64,000 bases of DNA from assembly GCA_012295275.1 (NCBI GenBank), contig CM022671.1:12772001-12836000 (forward strand), in the 5' to 3' direction. This stretch comes from Chrysomallon squamiferum. Taxonomy: Eukaryota; Animalia; Mollusca. Positions 12,246 through 25,600 of this stretch are shown here, in pieces. Positions within the stretch are counted from its first letter, which is position 1, and every line of letters starts with the position of its first letter. The position numbers were made by a program, and so were the translations under genes. The notes below the pieces were generated by a model that was not told where the DNA came from, made no database searches, and saw only the letters and a program-made list of their open reading frames with translations.

Positions 12246-12957
12246 ATGACAGCTGTTATAGCATTTTTAATACAAACACCTGCACCATCCACACTAAGGT
12301 ATAAAATTCCGCTTTCCCAAAAAATACATGTCACTATAAAATCGGACGACATTGATAGAAAAGCTATTTTCATCGTGGGAGATATTCATGGTTGCTATGA
12401 CGAATTTTCTGAGTTGGATATTCTAATAATTTGCGCAGGTGATATGATTAACAACGGTCCACAAAGTGTTAAAGTATTAAATCTTCAGAGCATCAAATGT
12501 CTTGCTGTGTGCGGAAACCACGAAGAAGCAGTGTTAAGAGAGCTAAACAACTTGAAAACAAAAAAACGACTATCAGCTATCAGACAGATACAAATGGATT
12601 TTATCATTATATGCATCAAACATCAAATTCATTGAATCTCTGCCGTATTCAATTAGCATTCCAAGTTTTAACGTCTTTATTGTCCATGCGGGACTGATTC
12701 CTGGAAAATCGCTTGAACAGCAAGATACAAATACTTTGGCTCATATAAGAAATATTATCGAAGAAGACTACTTCGATGGAAATGGTTTAGTTTCAAATAG
12801 CAAACCTGATAGCGGAGTGGCATGGTCAACACTTTGGCCAGGATCTCAACATGTTTATTTCGGTCGTGATGCCAGACGCGGCTTTCAGAGTTCTCCCTAC
12901 GCAACGTGTCTCGACACAGGGTGCTGGTATGGTAATTACTTGACCCCAATTCATTAA
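12246..12957 (+). pseudogene. Tandem pseudogene copy of the ApaH-like phosphatase
   Basis: GDIHG, GDMINNG and CGNHE are followed by a frameshift in the A-run at ~12555-12566, after which the frame reads ...VHAGLIPG...FGRDARRG...LDTGCWYG. There is a ~10-aa deletion after EFSEL, the metal-ligand His is lost (FGH>FGR), and the C-terminus is truncated. Confidence 0.8.
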
Positions 12958-14975
12958 CCCCAAAAGACAAATGTGCAAATTTTGCTAAATCCTGTAAATG
13001 TAGCCATTTGTATTATTATTATTTACTTATTTTGTTAATTTTAAATAAATGTGATAAATATTTCATTTAATAAATCGTGATTGACTTGATTAAAACCTTT
13101 AATGTATTTATTATTGTTATAAATGGATATATTATTTTTAAAACACTTTGACAATTTTACAATAATTATAATTACCTGATTACGCACATTGTAACTGCAC
13201 TGAAAATACAGTGCTGAGAGCGTTATTCACGTTAGGAAGGTTAATACATATAACGACGAATTGTCAAATGGTGATGATTTTCGTATTTCCAGTGATAATA
13301 TATGACTTTTAATTACGATAAAGTTCCTGTATTATGTAATTAGTCATTATAATTCATAATTCAATACTGAATGTAAAAATATGAAACCAATTTTAATACT
13401 TTTTATTTTTATTTTTGATAATCAGTGTACGTTTCATGTGGCGTATCTGTCGTTTTCGCCAAAATAATAAATAAATAAATAGCTTTACTTTACAACTGTT
13501 GTTGATCAATAATGTGATCAAATATAGAACTTTTGTTTTTTAAATATATAAAATATCATAACTAGATACAAAATAAACTGAAATAGTGTATTCAAAACAC
13601 ATAATTACAAATACATATATTCAGGTTTCTATCTTTTCATTATAACAAACCAAAAATGTTTGAAGTAATCTTTAAAAGTTTATTTTACAGCTATTAACTT
13701 TCATAGGCAACCATAATGTAATATAGAACTAATCAGCTAATGTGAACTTAAGGCAGCCAAGTACTCTGAATTTTACAATGACCATTAAAGAGTATGAATA
13801 TATTTTGTACTAGACAGACATACTTTAACAGTTCTTTAATGAAGTATGCAAAAATCACATATATATCATTAACCCCATTTAATTACCTAATGTATATGCG
13901 TTACAGATGTTTTATGTTTTCTTGGATGTGCCAGTTAGTTCTGATTGTGTTGTCCAAGGCAGGATATCTGCATCAGCATATACAAAATAAAACATTGACC
14001 TAATCAAGCAGATGATGAATGTCAAATAAAATGTGTTTCTCCAATCCTCTTTGCTTTTCTACAGATAGAATAAATAAAATGAAAACTACTGTAAATAAAT
14101 TACAACATTTATTTAAATTATGTTAATATAAAATCAGCATTTGTAAAAACTATTTTAATATCAAATCACCTATGTTAATAAAATATTACTTTTTAAAACC
14201 TTCCTATAATATCCAGAAAATTATTTCAAGCTTTTTTGTTTGGTTGGTTGTTGTTTTTTGTTTGATTGTGGGTCATTTTTGTTGTTTTTGGATGTTTTAT
14301 TTTATTCTTTTTATTATCATTATTATTTTTTTATTTTGCTCTACAAAATGAAAAATCTATTTATACTGGCTGAAATACTGAAGTAAAGAAAGATTTTAAT
14401 CTTTTTATGCAACCTTAAAATACATTCACCTATTACCCTTAAAACTTTAACCAAATCTAAAGTTATATGAAAACACAGGATAGGATGAAAAGAAAAAAGT
14501 TTAATTTTTATCCTTAATGCTGGTACTATTTTAGTCATTTCAAAATTTAGTTATAAAGACTACCATATGTACAACATGATACAACTAATGCTAATCCAGT
14601 AGTAATGAGGAATTTAAAGTGAGTTATATAACAAATTATATCTGTTAGTTCACTGACATTTGATGTCACTAAGGCAACCACAACAGGAGCAATAAGACTT
14701 CAAATAGATGTCAAAAAATTTGCATGACAGATTGAGAGACCAGAAAATCTGAAGCATCATGACAATAAAACTGAGAAATGAATGATTGATAGAACATGTA
14801 AGAATTATATGTGACATGTGGAGATCCATAATGGTATGCCTGGAATATACACCTATATTTCTTGCTACACTAAGATTTGAACTCGTCATTAAATTCATTT
14901 TGTCTTTACACCAGAAAAGCTTAAACTTCATGAACACTAAAACTCTAAAACTCAGACATGTGAAGTGTGTGTGTG

Positions 14976-15367
14976 CAGTGCCAGATTTATTGTGCTGGTT
15001 GCCCATAGGACATACAAATTTTACCGTCCCCTCTTCAAGCCCACTTTGTTTATTATATAATATGAAATATATTATTTTTTATAACTTATGGAAAAGTGCA
15101 CAAATTCTTAGTGAAAAAGCGCACACCTCAAAAAATATCAGTATTTTTGCAAAATATCTGTCCAATAGGTATTTATTCTTGGTCATAATAATTTAATTGA
15201 GTTAGGTCAAAAGAGCCCAATTGTGAACTCGATAATTTAGCACACAATCTCCTAAAAAAGCACTCAATTGTGCACGAAAGGCACCCAGTAACAATTTTCA
15301 TAAACTTCTGCCACTATCATCCTGCCGCCCTAGGCTCTAGAAAGCCTATATGGGAAATTCAGCCCTA
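14976..15367. mobile_element. Non-autonomous hAT-like MITE (~390 bp)
   Basis: Imperfect TIRs (CAGTGCCAGATTT versus reverse complement TAGGGCTGAATTT), flanked on both sides by the 8-bp TGTGTGTG (14968-14975 and 15368-15375). No coding capacity. Confidence 0.45.
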
Positions 15368-16111
15368 TGTGTGTGTAATATATATGAGAGACAGAGACAT
15401 ATCACAGATTTTATTACAAACATGACCATACATGACTGCCTGGAATTGCACTCTAGACTTTGACACTGCAGAATCGTAAACAATTGCTAGTGAAGGTGGC
15501 AACACTGATTGTGTGTTTTTTTTATTTATTATTCGTTTGATTTTTTAGTTGTGCAACTGTAGAATTTTTATTATGATTTGTTTTATCAACCTGGTCAGTT
15601 TGTCCTCCTCAAAGATACAAGTGTTACAATGTTGTATATGTTTATATTTCTATATCAGGGATTCCCTAGCATTAAAGCCCTTTAATTTGAAACCCCATCT
15701 TGTTTGTTTATTCCTTAAACAGTGATTTATGTAGTGTGTAACTAGTGGGTTACGTATGTATATATATATGCTTATTTTCACATGGTAACATACTCCATAA
15801 ACAAATTCAGGTTTTTATTTAACTTAGGTTTTTTATTTTTTTATTTTTTTTATTTTAAGTAATTGTGTTTATTACTATGATAATTTAATAAGACCGGTAT
15901 AAAACTGGTTAATGTTCGAACCTTGGATAAATTCTTCTTTGTTGATAGGATATGTGGATTCAGGCAGACCTTCAGTATCATCTGAAACAAGAAAATCAGA
16001 ATTTCTTAATCTTGTTCTTCAAGATCAGACATTGTGTCCACCATGTCAGACATGCTTGAACACTTCTCTGATGAAAACATTCCAGAAATTAGTTACAAAT
16101 TGAAAACAAAA

Positions 16112-16268
16112 TGTTGTATTTAAATGGTGTTATAGTTAACCGGAAGAAGGGACAGTATTATAAAAAGCCACCGGGAGCATGCGTCAGTTTTGTTTGTAGC
16201 AATTTTTGAAACGAAATAAATTATTTGGAAATTAAATGAACTTTATGTTTTAATGTTAAAACATAACA
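16112..16268 (+). repeat. 5' LTR (157 bp)
   Basis: TGTTGTATTT...CATAACA; matches the 3' LTR except for a 30-bp indel and one C/T change. Confidence 0.95.
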
Positions 16269-16270
16269 AT

Positions 16271-16288
16271 TGGCGACGAGGATGGGAT
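16271..16288 (+). promoter_or_regulatory. Primer-binding site complementary to the 3' end of tRNA-Ser(GCU)
   Basis: TGGCGACGAGGATGGGAT is the reverse complement of ATCCCATCCTCGTCG-CCA, the metazoan tRNA-Ser(GCU) 3' end as recalled from known tRNA sequences. Confidence 0.8.
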
Positions 16289-16331
16289 AACACTTATTGA
16301 ACTGTTTCCTGAAATTAACTATTTACGAAAA

Positions 16332-17255
16332 ATGGCTACCTACGGTAAAGTTGAAGAGTTTGATCTAGAAAGTTCCGATTGGGATGAATACATCGAACGT
16401 TTGGAACAGTATCTGCTGGCGAATGATGTAGACGATGCCGAAAAGAAACGTTCCATTTTGTTGTCCGTATGTGGTGCCAAGACTTACAGGTTGATTCGAA
16501 ATCTGACTTCGCCTGAGAAACCGGCAAGTAAGACTTACGAACAATTGAAAACTTTGATAGGAAATCATCTCAAACCAAAACCTTTGGTGATTGCGGAACG
16601 GTTCAAATTCTATCAACGGAAACAAGAGCCCGGAGAGACTGTAAGTGAATTTTGGGCTGAATTAAGAAAATTGACAGAACATTGTGAATTTGGTGCATTT
16701 TTGACTGAAGCATTAAGAGACATTTTGGTCTGTGGTCTGTCTGAAAAGTCTATACCAAAAAAACTTCTCTCTGAACATGACTTATCACTGAGTAAAGCAT
16801 TGCAAATAGCTGTTAGTATGGAAATGGCAGCTAGAGAAACTGACATGCTGAAAATTGGAATGAAGTCAGAAACGGAAAAGTTCCACAAAGTTTCTGTCAT
16901 TGAATGCTTCCGGTGCGGTAAAACTAATCATCATCCTGATGCATGTTTTTACAAAAGGGCAAACTGTTATACGTGTAATGAAACAGGACATTTGAGTAGA
17001 AAATGTCGAAATCAAAAGAAAAAAATAGAAAGACAGGAAAGCAAACAGCTGGAAAAAGGAAAAAAGAAATTTCCAAAGTTGAAAAAGAAAAATTCTAAAC
17101 TGAATGTTGTGAATCAAGATTCTGATAGGGACCTTACGGAATCAGAAAGTGGTCCCAGTGATTCTGAAATTGAAAATGCTGAATCTGAAACAGGTTTAAA
17201 AATTCATGACGTTCAGGAAAATCTGGAAGTAACGAAACTGAATCAGAAATTATAA
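16332..17255 (+). CDS. Retrotransposon Gag with two CCHC zinc knuckles
   Basis: Gag-like N-terminus (WDEYIERLEQY, ERFKFYQRKQ); knuckles CFRCGKTNHHPDAC and CYTCNETGHLSRKC. Confidence 0.9.
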   Translation: MATYGKVEEFDLESSDWDEYIERLEQYLLANDVDDAEKKRSILLSVCGAKTYRLIRNLTSPEKPASKTYEQLKTLIGNHLKPKPLVIAERFKFYQRKQEPGETVSEFWAELRKLTEHCEFGAFLTEALRDILVCGLSEKSIPKKLLSEHDLSLSKALQIAVSMEMAARETDMLKIGMKSETEKFHKVSVIECFRCGKTNHHPDACFYKRANCYTCNETGHLSRKCRNQKKKIERQESKQLEKGKKKFPKLKKKNSKLNVVNQDSDRDLTESESGPSDSEIENAESETGLKIHDVQENLEVTKLNQKL

Positions 17256-17284
17256 AAGCTGTTCTTGAAAATAAAGAGGTTGCA

Positions 17285-20200
17285 ATGGAAAGGAATGAAA
17301 GTGATTCTGAACCGTCAATTTTCACAGTGAAATCTACGAAAGCGAAAGAAATTCAAATTTCATTGGAACTCAATGGTGTGCCTTTCAAAATGGAAGTAGA
17401 TACAGGTGCTTCTGTATCCATAATTTCTAATAAGGTTTATCAGGAAAAATTGAAGAAAACAGTGCCATTGAAATCAACATCGATTGTGTTAAAAACTTAT
17501 ACTGATGAAGTGGTGCCAGTTCTTGGGAAAATTGAGGTGACTGTTAAATATGGAAAGCAGAAAAAACTTTTACCTTTAATTGTGGTGAAAGGAAATGGAC
17601 CAACTTTGTTTGGGCGGAATTGGTTCCAAAACATTCAGTTGGACTGGAACAGTATTAAGATTATGAAAGCCTGTGGAAACTCTGAAGATTTGTTCAGTAG
17701 ATACTCAGTTTTTTCAAATAAGTTGGGAACAGTAAAAGGCATAAGAGCTCATCTGAAAGTGAAAGAGAATGCTACTCCAAAGTTTTTCAAGGCTAGACCA
17801 GTACCTTATGCTTTGAAGGAAAAGATAGCTGATGAACTTCACAGACTTGAAGCAGAAGGAATTCTAGAAAAGGTAGATTTTTCTGAATGGGCTTCTCCTA
17901 TTGTACCTGTTTTAAAACCTGACAATACCATTCGCATTTGTGGCGATTACAAGGTTACCATAAATCCTGTGTTGGAAGTGCCTGAGTACCCTTTGCCCAC
18001 TGCAGAAGACATTTTCAGCAAACTCAATGGAGGACAAAAGTTCTCCAAACTGGATTTGTCACATGCATACCAGCAAGTGTTGCTTGATGAAAAGTCGAGG
18101 AACTATGTCACAATCAATACTCACCTTCGGCTTTATCGCTATACAAGGTTGCCATTTGGAGTTGCTACAGCACCTGCTATTTTTCAACAAACTATGGACA
18201 AAGTGCTTCAAGGGCTAAAAGGGGTAGGTTACATTTTGGATGACATCATAGTCACTGGAAAGGATGACACCGAACACTTGAAACATTTGAAAAAGACTTT
18301 GAAACGCCTAGAAAAATATGGAATTCAACTGAAAAGGTCAAAATGTGCATTGATGAAAGATGAAGTTGAGTACTTTGCATTTATTGTGAACAAAAATGGG
18401 ATTCAACCTTCTGAAAGAAAAGTTGAAGCTATTCTGAAAGTGCCTGAACCTAAGAACAAGAGTGAGTTGCAATCTTGGTTAGGTATTGTGAATTACTATC
18501 GCAAGTTTGTACCCAACATGTCAACAGTGGTGGCACCGCTAAGAGCGTTGTTAACCAAAGATACAGAGTGGAAATGGAGTGATGATTGTTAGCAAGCATT
18601 TTCCAAAGTGGGAAAACTGTTAGCATCATCTAAAATTCTTGTCCACTATGACCCAATGAAACCAGTAATGTTGGCAGTAGATGCATCTGCGCATGGTCTT
18701 GGAGCGGTAATATCACATGGAAATGAAGGATCAGATAGGCCAATAGCATACGCTTCTAGAACTCTGACATCAGCAGAATGCAAGTATTCCCAAATTGAGA
18801 AAGAAGCACTGGCAATAATTTTTGGAATACACAAGTTCCATCAGTACCTGTATGGTAGAAGATTTACTTTGTTCACAGATCATAAACCACTGACAATGAT
18901 TCTTGGACCTAAAAAGAATATTCCAGTTCTGACAGCCTCTTGACTACAGCGTTGGGCTATTCAGTTAGCCGCATATCAGTTTGACATTAAATACAGAAAA
19001 ACTACCAAAAATGGAAATGCTGATGCACTGTCCCGACTACCACTTCTGCAAACTGAAGAAATATCTGAAAGTGTGTTTTGGCATGAAGACAAGCAAGCAA
19101 TGAGAAATCAAGTCAATGGATTACCTATCACTGCAAGACATATTGCTAAAGCAACAGCAGTTGACAAAGTATTATCTCGGGTTGTACATTATAACATGTA
19201 TGGATGGCCAGAAGAGTCTTCTATTTCACCGGAGCTGTTACCTTATTTCAGAGTGAAAGATGAATTAACCGTGGAGGAAAACTGTCTTCTCAGAGGAATG
19301 CGAGTGATTATTCCCGATAAATATCGAACAGATATTCTGTATTATCTTCATGAAAATCATCCTGGAATTGTGCGAATGAAATCTTTGGCTAGATTGCATG
19401 TGTGGTGGCCTCATTTGGATATTGACATAGAAAAGAAAGTTAGCAAGTGTAAGTGTTGCCAACTACAACAAACAGTCATGCCAAAAAGTACAGCTAATGC
19501 ATGGATTTGGCCCGCCATTTATGAAAGAAATGTTCATGATTGTGGTGGATGCACATTCTAAATGGATGGAAGTTTTTCGAATGCCCAGTACCAGAGCGAC
19601 ACATGCAGTAGAGACATTGAGAAATCTCTTTGCAAGTTATGGAATGCCAGAGCAGTTGATTTCTGATAATGGACCTCAGTTTGTTGCAGAGGAATTTGAA
19701 ACATTTCTTAAGAAAAATGGAGTGAAACACATCAAATCAGCTCCATACCATCCAAGTTCAAATGGTGAGGCAGAAAGAGCTGTTCGTACTTTCAAAACTG
19801 CAATGAAAACAGTTGAACATGAGTCACGAACCATGAACCAGAAGATTTCATCATTCTTGTTTGCGTATCGGAACACTCCACACTGTACTACAAAATGTAC
19901 TCCATCAGAATTGTTTCTTGGCAGACGTGTTCGAACGAGATTGGATATTTTGCGTCCAAGTTTGGAGAACTCTGTTAAAAAAAGAACTATTCCAAAAGCA
20001 AGTAAAACACGGGTGTTCAATGTTGGAGATTCAGTACAAGTGAGGAACTACAGAGGATCTGACAAGTGGTTGAGTGGAAAAGTACTGTGTCAGCTAGGGC
20101 CTGTTACCTACAGAGTGAAAATTGGAGATTTTGTGTGTAAAAGACATGTGGATCAACTTCGTAAATGTGTGCATTTGGAGGATAATAGGAACCCGTTCCC

Positions 20201-20408
20201 AGAACTGTCTGCAATTGGTACGGAGTCTGAAATGGAATTTGTTGAACCAACTGTTCAGGTGGAAGAGACTAAGATCGAAAATAGAACGGTTGCTTCTAAT
20301 GCCATCGACGATACTGTTGACGATGTACCGCAACTACCAATACCGTCTACCCCAAGATACCCTAGACATGCTCAAAAAACACCTCAAAGACTGATAGAAA
20401 CTATTTAA
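17285..20408 (+). pseudogene. Disrupted Pol (protease, RT, RNase H, integrase)
   Basis: Motifs VDTGAS (protease), ICGDYK / LPFG / ILDDII (RT), VDAS...YSQIEKE (RNase H), HENH...CKCC and SDNGPQF...NGEAER (integrase). In-frame stops at 18590-18592 and 18941-18943; a frameshifting deletion at ~19515. Confidence 0.92.
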
Positions 20409-20728
20409 AGTGATTTAATCTGAATATGTGTAATACGGAATTTATTGAAAGATTGTAGAATTAGTGTTATTTTTTTTATTATATATTTTTGTTTTAAGAA
20501 TAATATTTGTGATTTGAAGTTCCATATGTGACCAATGAACATACTTGATAAACTGTAATTGAACTATTATGGTGTCCTAAAAAAAAAAAAAAAAAAAAAA
20601 AAAGTTTATTTTTTAAGTTTAAAGTTCCATTGTTTAATTATTACTAATTAGTAAATCAAACAAATTTATTTTAGAAATTTACATATAACATAATTTATGG
20701 GTAAATTGAAAATTTGGAGGGGAGGAAG

Positions 20729-20915
20729 TGTTGTATTTAAATGGTGTTATAGTTAACATTGTTACAGTTTACGATGTTTAAGGGAACTGGAAGAAGGGAC
20801 AGTATTATAAAAAGCCACCGGGAGCATGCGTCAGTTTTGTTTGTAGCAATTTTTGAAACGAAATAAATTATTTGGAAATTAAATGAACTTTATGTTTTAA
20901 TGTTAAAACATAACA
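20729..20915 (+). repeat. 3' LTR (187 bp)
   Basis: Preceded by the PPT at 20716-20728 and followed by the TSD CAAAA. Confidence 0.95.
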
Positions 20916-22618
20916 CAAAACATCACTGGTCATGAAATATTGAGATTGAGTAAGTGGTTGACATTCATTTTTCAATGAGCTTTATTATTTTTATTATGAC
21001 AGGTCTCAGGCTCATTTGTTAAAACCCCTACTTAGTTATATCTCATTCTAATTAACAACAGGTTTTATACATAATAAATAATAACATTAAAATATATATT
21101 CATTTATTCATTCCTTCTGTTGGGATAGTAAACAGTCCCATTATGGACATAATTATTGTTTTGTCTGCTGTGACATACAGGGCATATGTCCTCCAAGTTA
21201 TAATCCATCTTATTACACATCCTTTTTACAAATACTACATTGACTTTTTGTAATAATAAATGTAACTGGTTGTAACATTTTTATCCATACAAATCTCCCT
21301 GATGCTGAAGATGAGGACTTCTTTCATAAATAGTGGCAGTATGGTGAGGAGACAAATATCTTTCCAGTCGGGAGCAGACTTGTGCATTTTCACTTTTAAA
21401 TTTCACTTCTTCATTTTACAGAACTCTTTTAATGAGTAGTGTATGGTGTTGATTTACACAATACTGTTTTACAGTCATATATTTTTCTTCTATTTATTCT
21501 GTTCATTAATAATTTATGCATGTCGTGGCTCTGACTTGTAAATCTGCAAAAATTACAATGAATAGTATATAATATTTATAATAAACTTAAATGCGATATA
21601 ATTTCTTGGATTCTCAGTTATTGTTTAATCCTTGTTTTTTAATTTTATTTTTATTTACAAATGCTGAGTTTGGGGGGGATTGGTGGGGTTTGTTCTGTAT
21701 TGTTTTATTTCTTTGATAAACTATTTCTGTGCACTGGTTGGGACATGACTTAAGTTAATGGTTATATTTATAAGAATTGTTTCTGGAGTCTATCACACCC
21801 AATTCTTAACTCTATAAGACTAGAATCTGCTCCATGTAAAGAATGAAATCTTAATTATCTTTGTTGACTTAAAGACAGCAAGTTTATATCATGATATATT
21901 AATCTGAGAAGAAAGAAAACTGAGCTTTTTGCTGTTATCCTCTGTGGTTTGAGAAATTCACAACCCTCTACACTAGAGTTTCAAAGCCTGTCAGACTTAC
22001 CAGTTTTTGTAAAGTTTGTAAAGTTAATCATCTAACAAATTCAATTGTGAAATAATTTGCAATATTATTTAATATATCAAATAAGAAAATAATTTCCAAA
22101 CAGATATTTAATTACATCAACACATCATGTTAACTGCCAAACAGAAAAGATCACTTTTTGCATGTCTGTTTAAAGTTTTCAAAAAAATGTTTAAAAAATA
22201 CAAGAGAGAAATATAAAACTAAATTTAAAATAATAATAATATTAATATTAATAATAATACAATTAAAAAACAATCAGAAAAAAGGCAAAAACAAATACAG
22301 TATGCACACAAAAAATGTTTTAAATATATTTATTTTAATAACTCTGTAACTATTTAACATTTTAATTAAATAAGTAATTTTCAGTGACTACACAACGCAT
22401 ATTAAAGTTAACAGTTATTGGGTTTTACACAGAAAAAGAACGAGAGATAAGACAAATACACTTATAATAATCTCTCTCTCTCTCATTATCATATAGTAAT
22501 GACAAGGTTTAGTTTTTATTAATCAACAAAATATAATAAAAACTGGAAACAAACATGGACAACAACAACAACAACATAAAAAACACCATCTTAACAGAAT
22601 AACAGTGGATGTTTCTCC

Positions 22619-25600
22619 TTAGTTCAAGGTCAGTTCAACTGGAAAATGGTCACTTACAGCTTCAGTCTGAAATGAGAAAATACATTTTAATTTATCACTT
22701 TTTTCACACAGACAAAACATTTGTCTTGTATCCCTAAAACATAAATTCATTATTTAAATCCTTGGTTTGTAATCAGGCAAAGCAATAAAACAGATCTAAA
22801 GCAAACATTATCTTATTATTATCATCATCATCATCATTTTATTTTTATTTATTTTATATATTTTATTTTGTAATATTTTATTTGATTATGTTTTAAATCT
22901 CTCTTGAAAATATATTTAACAAACAAAATTCTTTCTCGCAACAATATACATTGTACTGTCATTGATGATAAAATGATAAACAGGAGAACAAAGTAAATGA
23001 TCACTTACAAGCTCTTGAGATAAACTGTATGCATCTTGGAAATTGAAGACGTAAGCAGAAACTACAGAGCATTTCAGTTGTTTTCCTTTAGCTATGATTC
23101 TATATAAAGAAAACAAAAAATGGACGATTAAATCAAAGAATTAATTGATGAACATCAACATTTAAAACGATTATTAAATATGCATTATTTTACTGTATTT
23201 AATATGTTTAGCAATTACATACAAGATATGAAATACAGACAACCTGATTGGGTGTTGAATTTATTTGTACACATTATTTCATTGATACAGCATTTCTGAA
23301 TGTAGCCATCAGTAACACATTGTCATGTTGTCAGCGTTGTTACTTTAATGTCAACTGATGAAATGATGAGAGAGGCTCAATAATGTGTGTGTGTGTGCAC
23401 CAGTGACATTGATGACAGCAGTACATTGTCATCTCATGCTTCTATCAAGAACATTATCTCAGGAACAGTAATTGCATTCCATTCCATGTTCAGAGCAATT
23501 TGTAGATCATGAACATTAAGGACATGAGGATGGTTTTCATGTACCCTGTGGCACAAAAGGTCCCATGCATGCTCAATTGGGGACAAGTCAGGTGATTTTG
23601 GAGGCCAGTTCAACACTTGGATGAGGTTATTCTCAAGAAGATTAGTGGTTAGCTGAGCGATATGTGGTCTAGTGTTGTCGTGTTGAAACAGAAAGCCAGA
23701 ATGCTGCTGTAGGAATGGAATGACCACTGGTGTAATGATCTCATTACAGTAACATTGTTTTACCTCCACTATGAATGCCGACCAAGGCCATGATGCTGCC
23801 ACTGCCATATCGGTCATGCTGAATGACATTGACTGCATCATATCATTCTCCCCTTGCCTCCAAACATGATGCCTGCCATCCGCAAACTCAACACAAAACC
23901 TGGAATAATGTCTGAATAATGTCTGATCCCATGGTCTACGTCACCACTGTTGGTGTTTTCTGGCCCATCTCAATACGTGGATAACTTTCAGTTATGTGAG
24001 TCGAGATGACGTCACTAAATACCTATCTTCCTTGGAGTTGTTAATTGTAGTCTACCAGAGCGTGATCCATCTGACACTTGTCCAGTTAGGTGCACGGAGT
24101 CGTATTATACTGTCATGAAAACAAAGGTATTGAGCGACATTTGCATGTGCAGTACACAAAGCGGCGTGCGATATGATAAATGGAGTTCTTTTCATTAGCG
24201 ACAGGGCATATGCAACTGACATATTGCCAAATTTTATCACTTTATTTTGAAGCAACAGTCATTTACTAAATCTTGCTAAAATTTGTTTGGTCAAGTATAA
24301 TAATACGAGAGGAGACAACCACAACTTTAAGTGACATTCTTATCCACTGGTACAAAGGATTATTAACTATTCAAATGGATGGCATGCCAAAAGGTCATGG
24401 TAGGTAGTCTTATATTACTCCTATTCTTGTATCATAAGCATCTAGTTACTGGAAATGAAAGTGACAAAACAAATCTGAAAATGAAAATGAAATATAACTA
24501 AAAATGCCCATTTCTGGAAATGTGGGATATTAATTATTTATTTATAATTCTTCTAATCAATAAAATGAATTTATATTTATATTATATTGAAAGCATTTCG
24601 TTTTTTGGAAACCATGTTGCATGCAAATCAACAAATAAATAATAATTAAAAAAAAATTATATATTGATTGTAATTACTGGAATATAATTTTCGTAATTAA
24701 GATGTCTCTATAGAAACCTGTCGTAAGCGCATGAAGTGCTTTTTGTAGTTGTGTCGTGTTTCCTCCCAATGAGGACGCTGTAGCTGGGGTCGGAGAACAC
24801 CTCCGTTTCACTGAGATCTCCAGCACTGGCATACCTGCAAGCAGCGTTCATATCTCCCATAAACAGAATATCCTGAAACAGTCAACAACAAATACCATCG
24901 GTTTGTATTCATATGTTTTTAACAGAAATCGAATAAAAATCAAAAAGAATGTGGGGGTGAAAAAAACATTAACCTAACCGGTTGAAATCGCGATTCTGCA
25001 TAATATACCAATAATTCTAGAAAATAAATTCTTCAGAATAATATTATTAATGATGTACCATCATTTAACGTCGATATCCACAGTGTTAATTATAGTTTAT
25101 AAATATGTGAAATGGCATAAAATATTATTTTGATATCGAGATAGGCAAGAATTTGTAGCATAATAAACAATATTTGTAATCGTTTTTTTCTCTCTAAAAC
25201 ACGGCTAATCATGAATACAAATTTTCGTTTATTGTATCTGTCAAAGTTGTAGCTAAGCTAGTGAAAAGATCTTACTTTAGTGTCAAATATGCTTTCCACT
25301 TCGATTCCCACTTCATCTAGATAATCTATCTCTTCTACAGCGTCCTGGGGTTTACTGTGTAACCCAACCAGCGCCAGCCGCCAGGGTTCTTCAACGAAAA
25401 AAAATCATTTGATTTCATACCTTTCTATGACTTTCATGTATTTAGTAGTTTGGTTAATTGGTTCCATTAAGAAAAAACATTTCATCATGAGAAATATGAA
25501 AAATATATTTCCATACATCCTCACGAATCTATTATTTTATTCTAATAGTTTTTTATTAGTAAAGATTTAATACAAGCAAAAACTTAATGACTTCAAACTC

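Larger units (their letters stand above)
16112..20915 (+). mobile_element. Full-length, inactivated Ty3/Gypsy (Mag-like) LTR retrotransposon
   Basis: TG...CA LTRs at 16112-16268 and 20729-20915, 5-bp TSD CAAAA (16107-16111 and 20916-20920), PBS TGGCGACGAGGATGGGAT, PPT GGAGGGGAGGAAG, and domain order gag-PR-RT-RH-IN. Confidence 0.97.

Noticed and set aside
15912-16111. Exon-like segment interrupted by the LTR insertion (continues at 20921)
   Set aside because: Rejoining across the TSD gives stops in the plausible frames and no recognisable protein. It may be old transposon debris.
17210-17255. Programmed -1 frameshift between gag and pol
   Set aside because: No X-XXY-YYZ heptamer in the overlap. 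Mag-like elements often have a single ORF, so a mutational indel is more likely.
21100-21545. GC-richer, coding-looking minus-strand patch after an acceptor-like site
   Set aside because: Multiple stops in the frames examined and no recognisable motif. DNase I already terminates at 22619.
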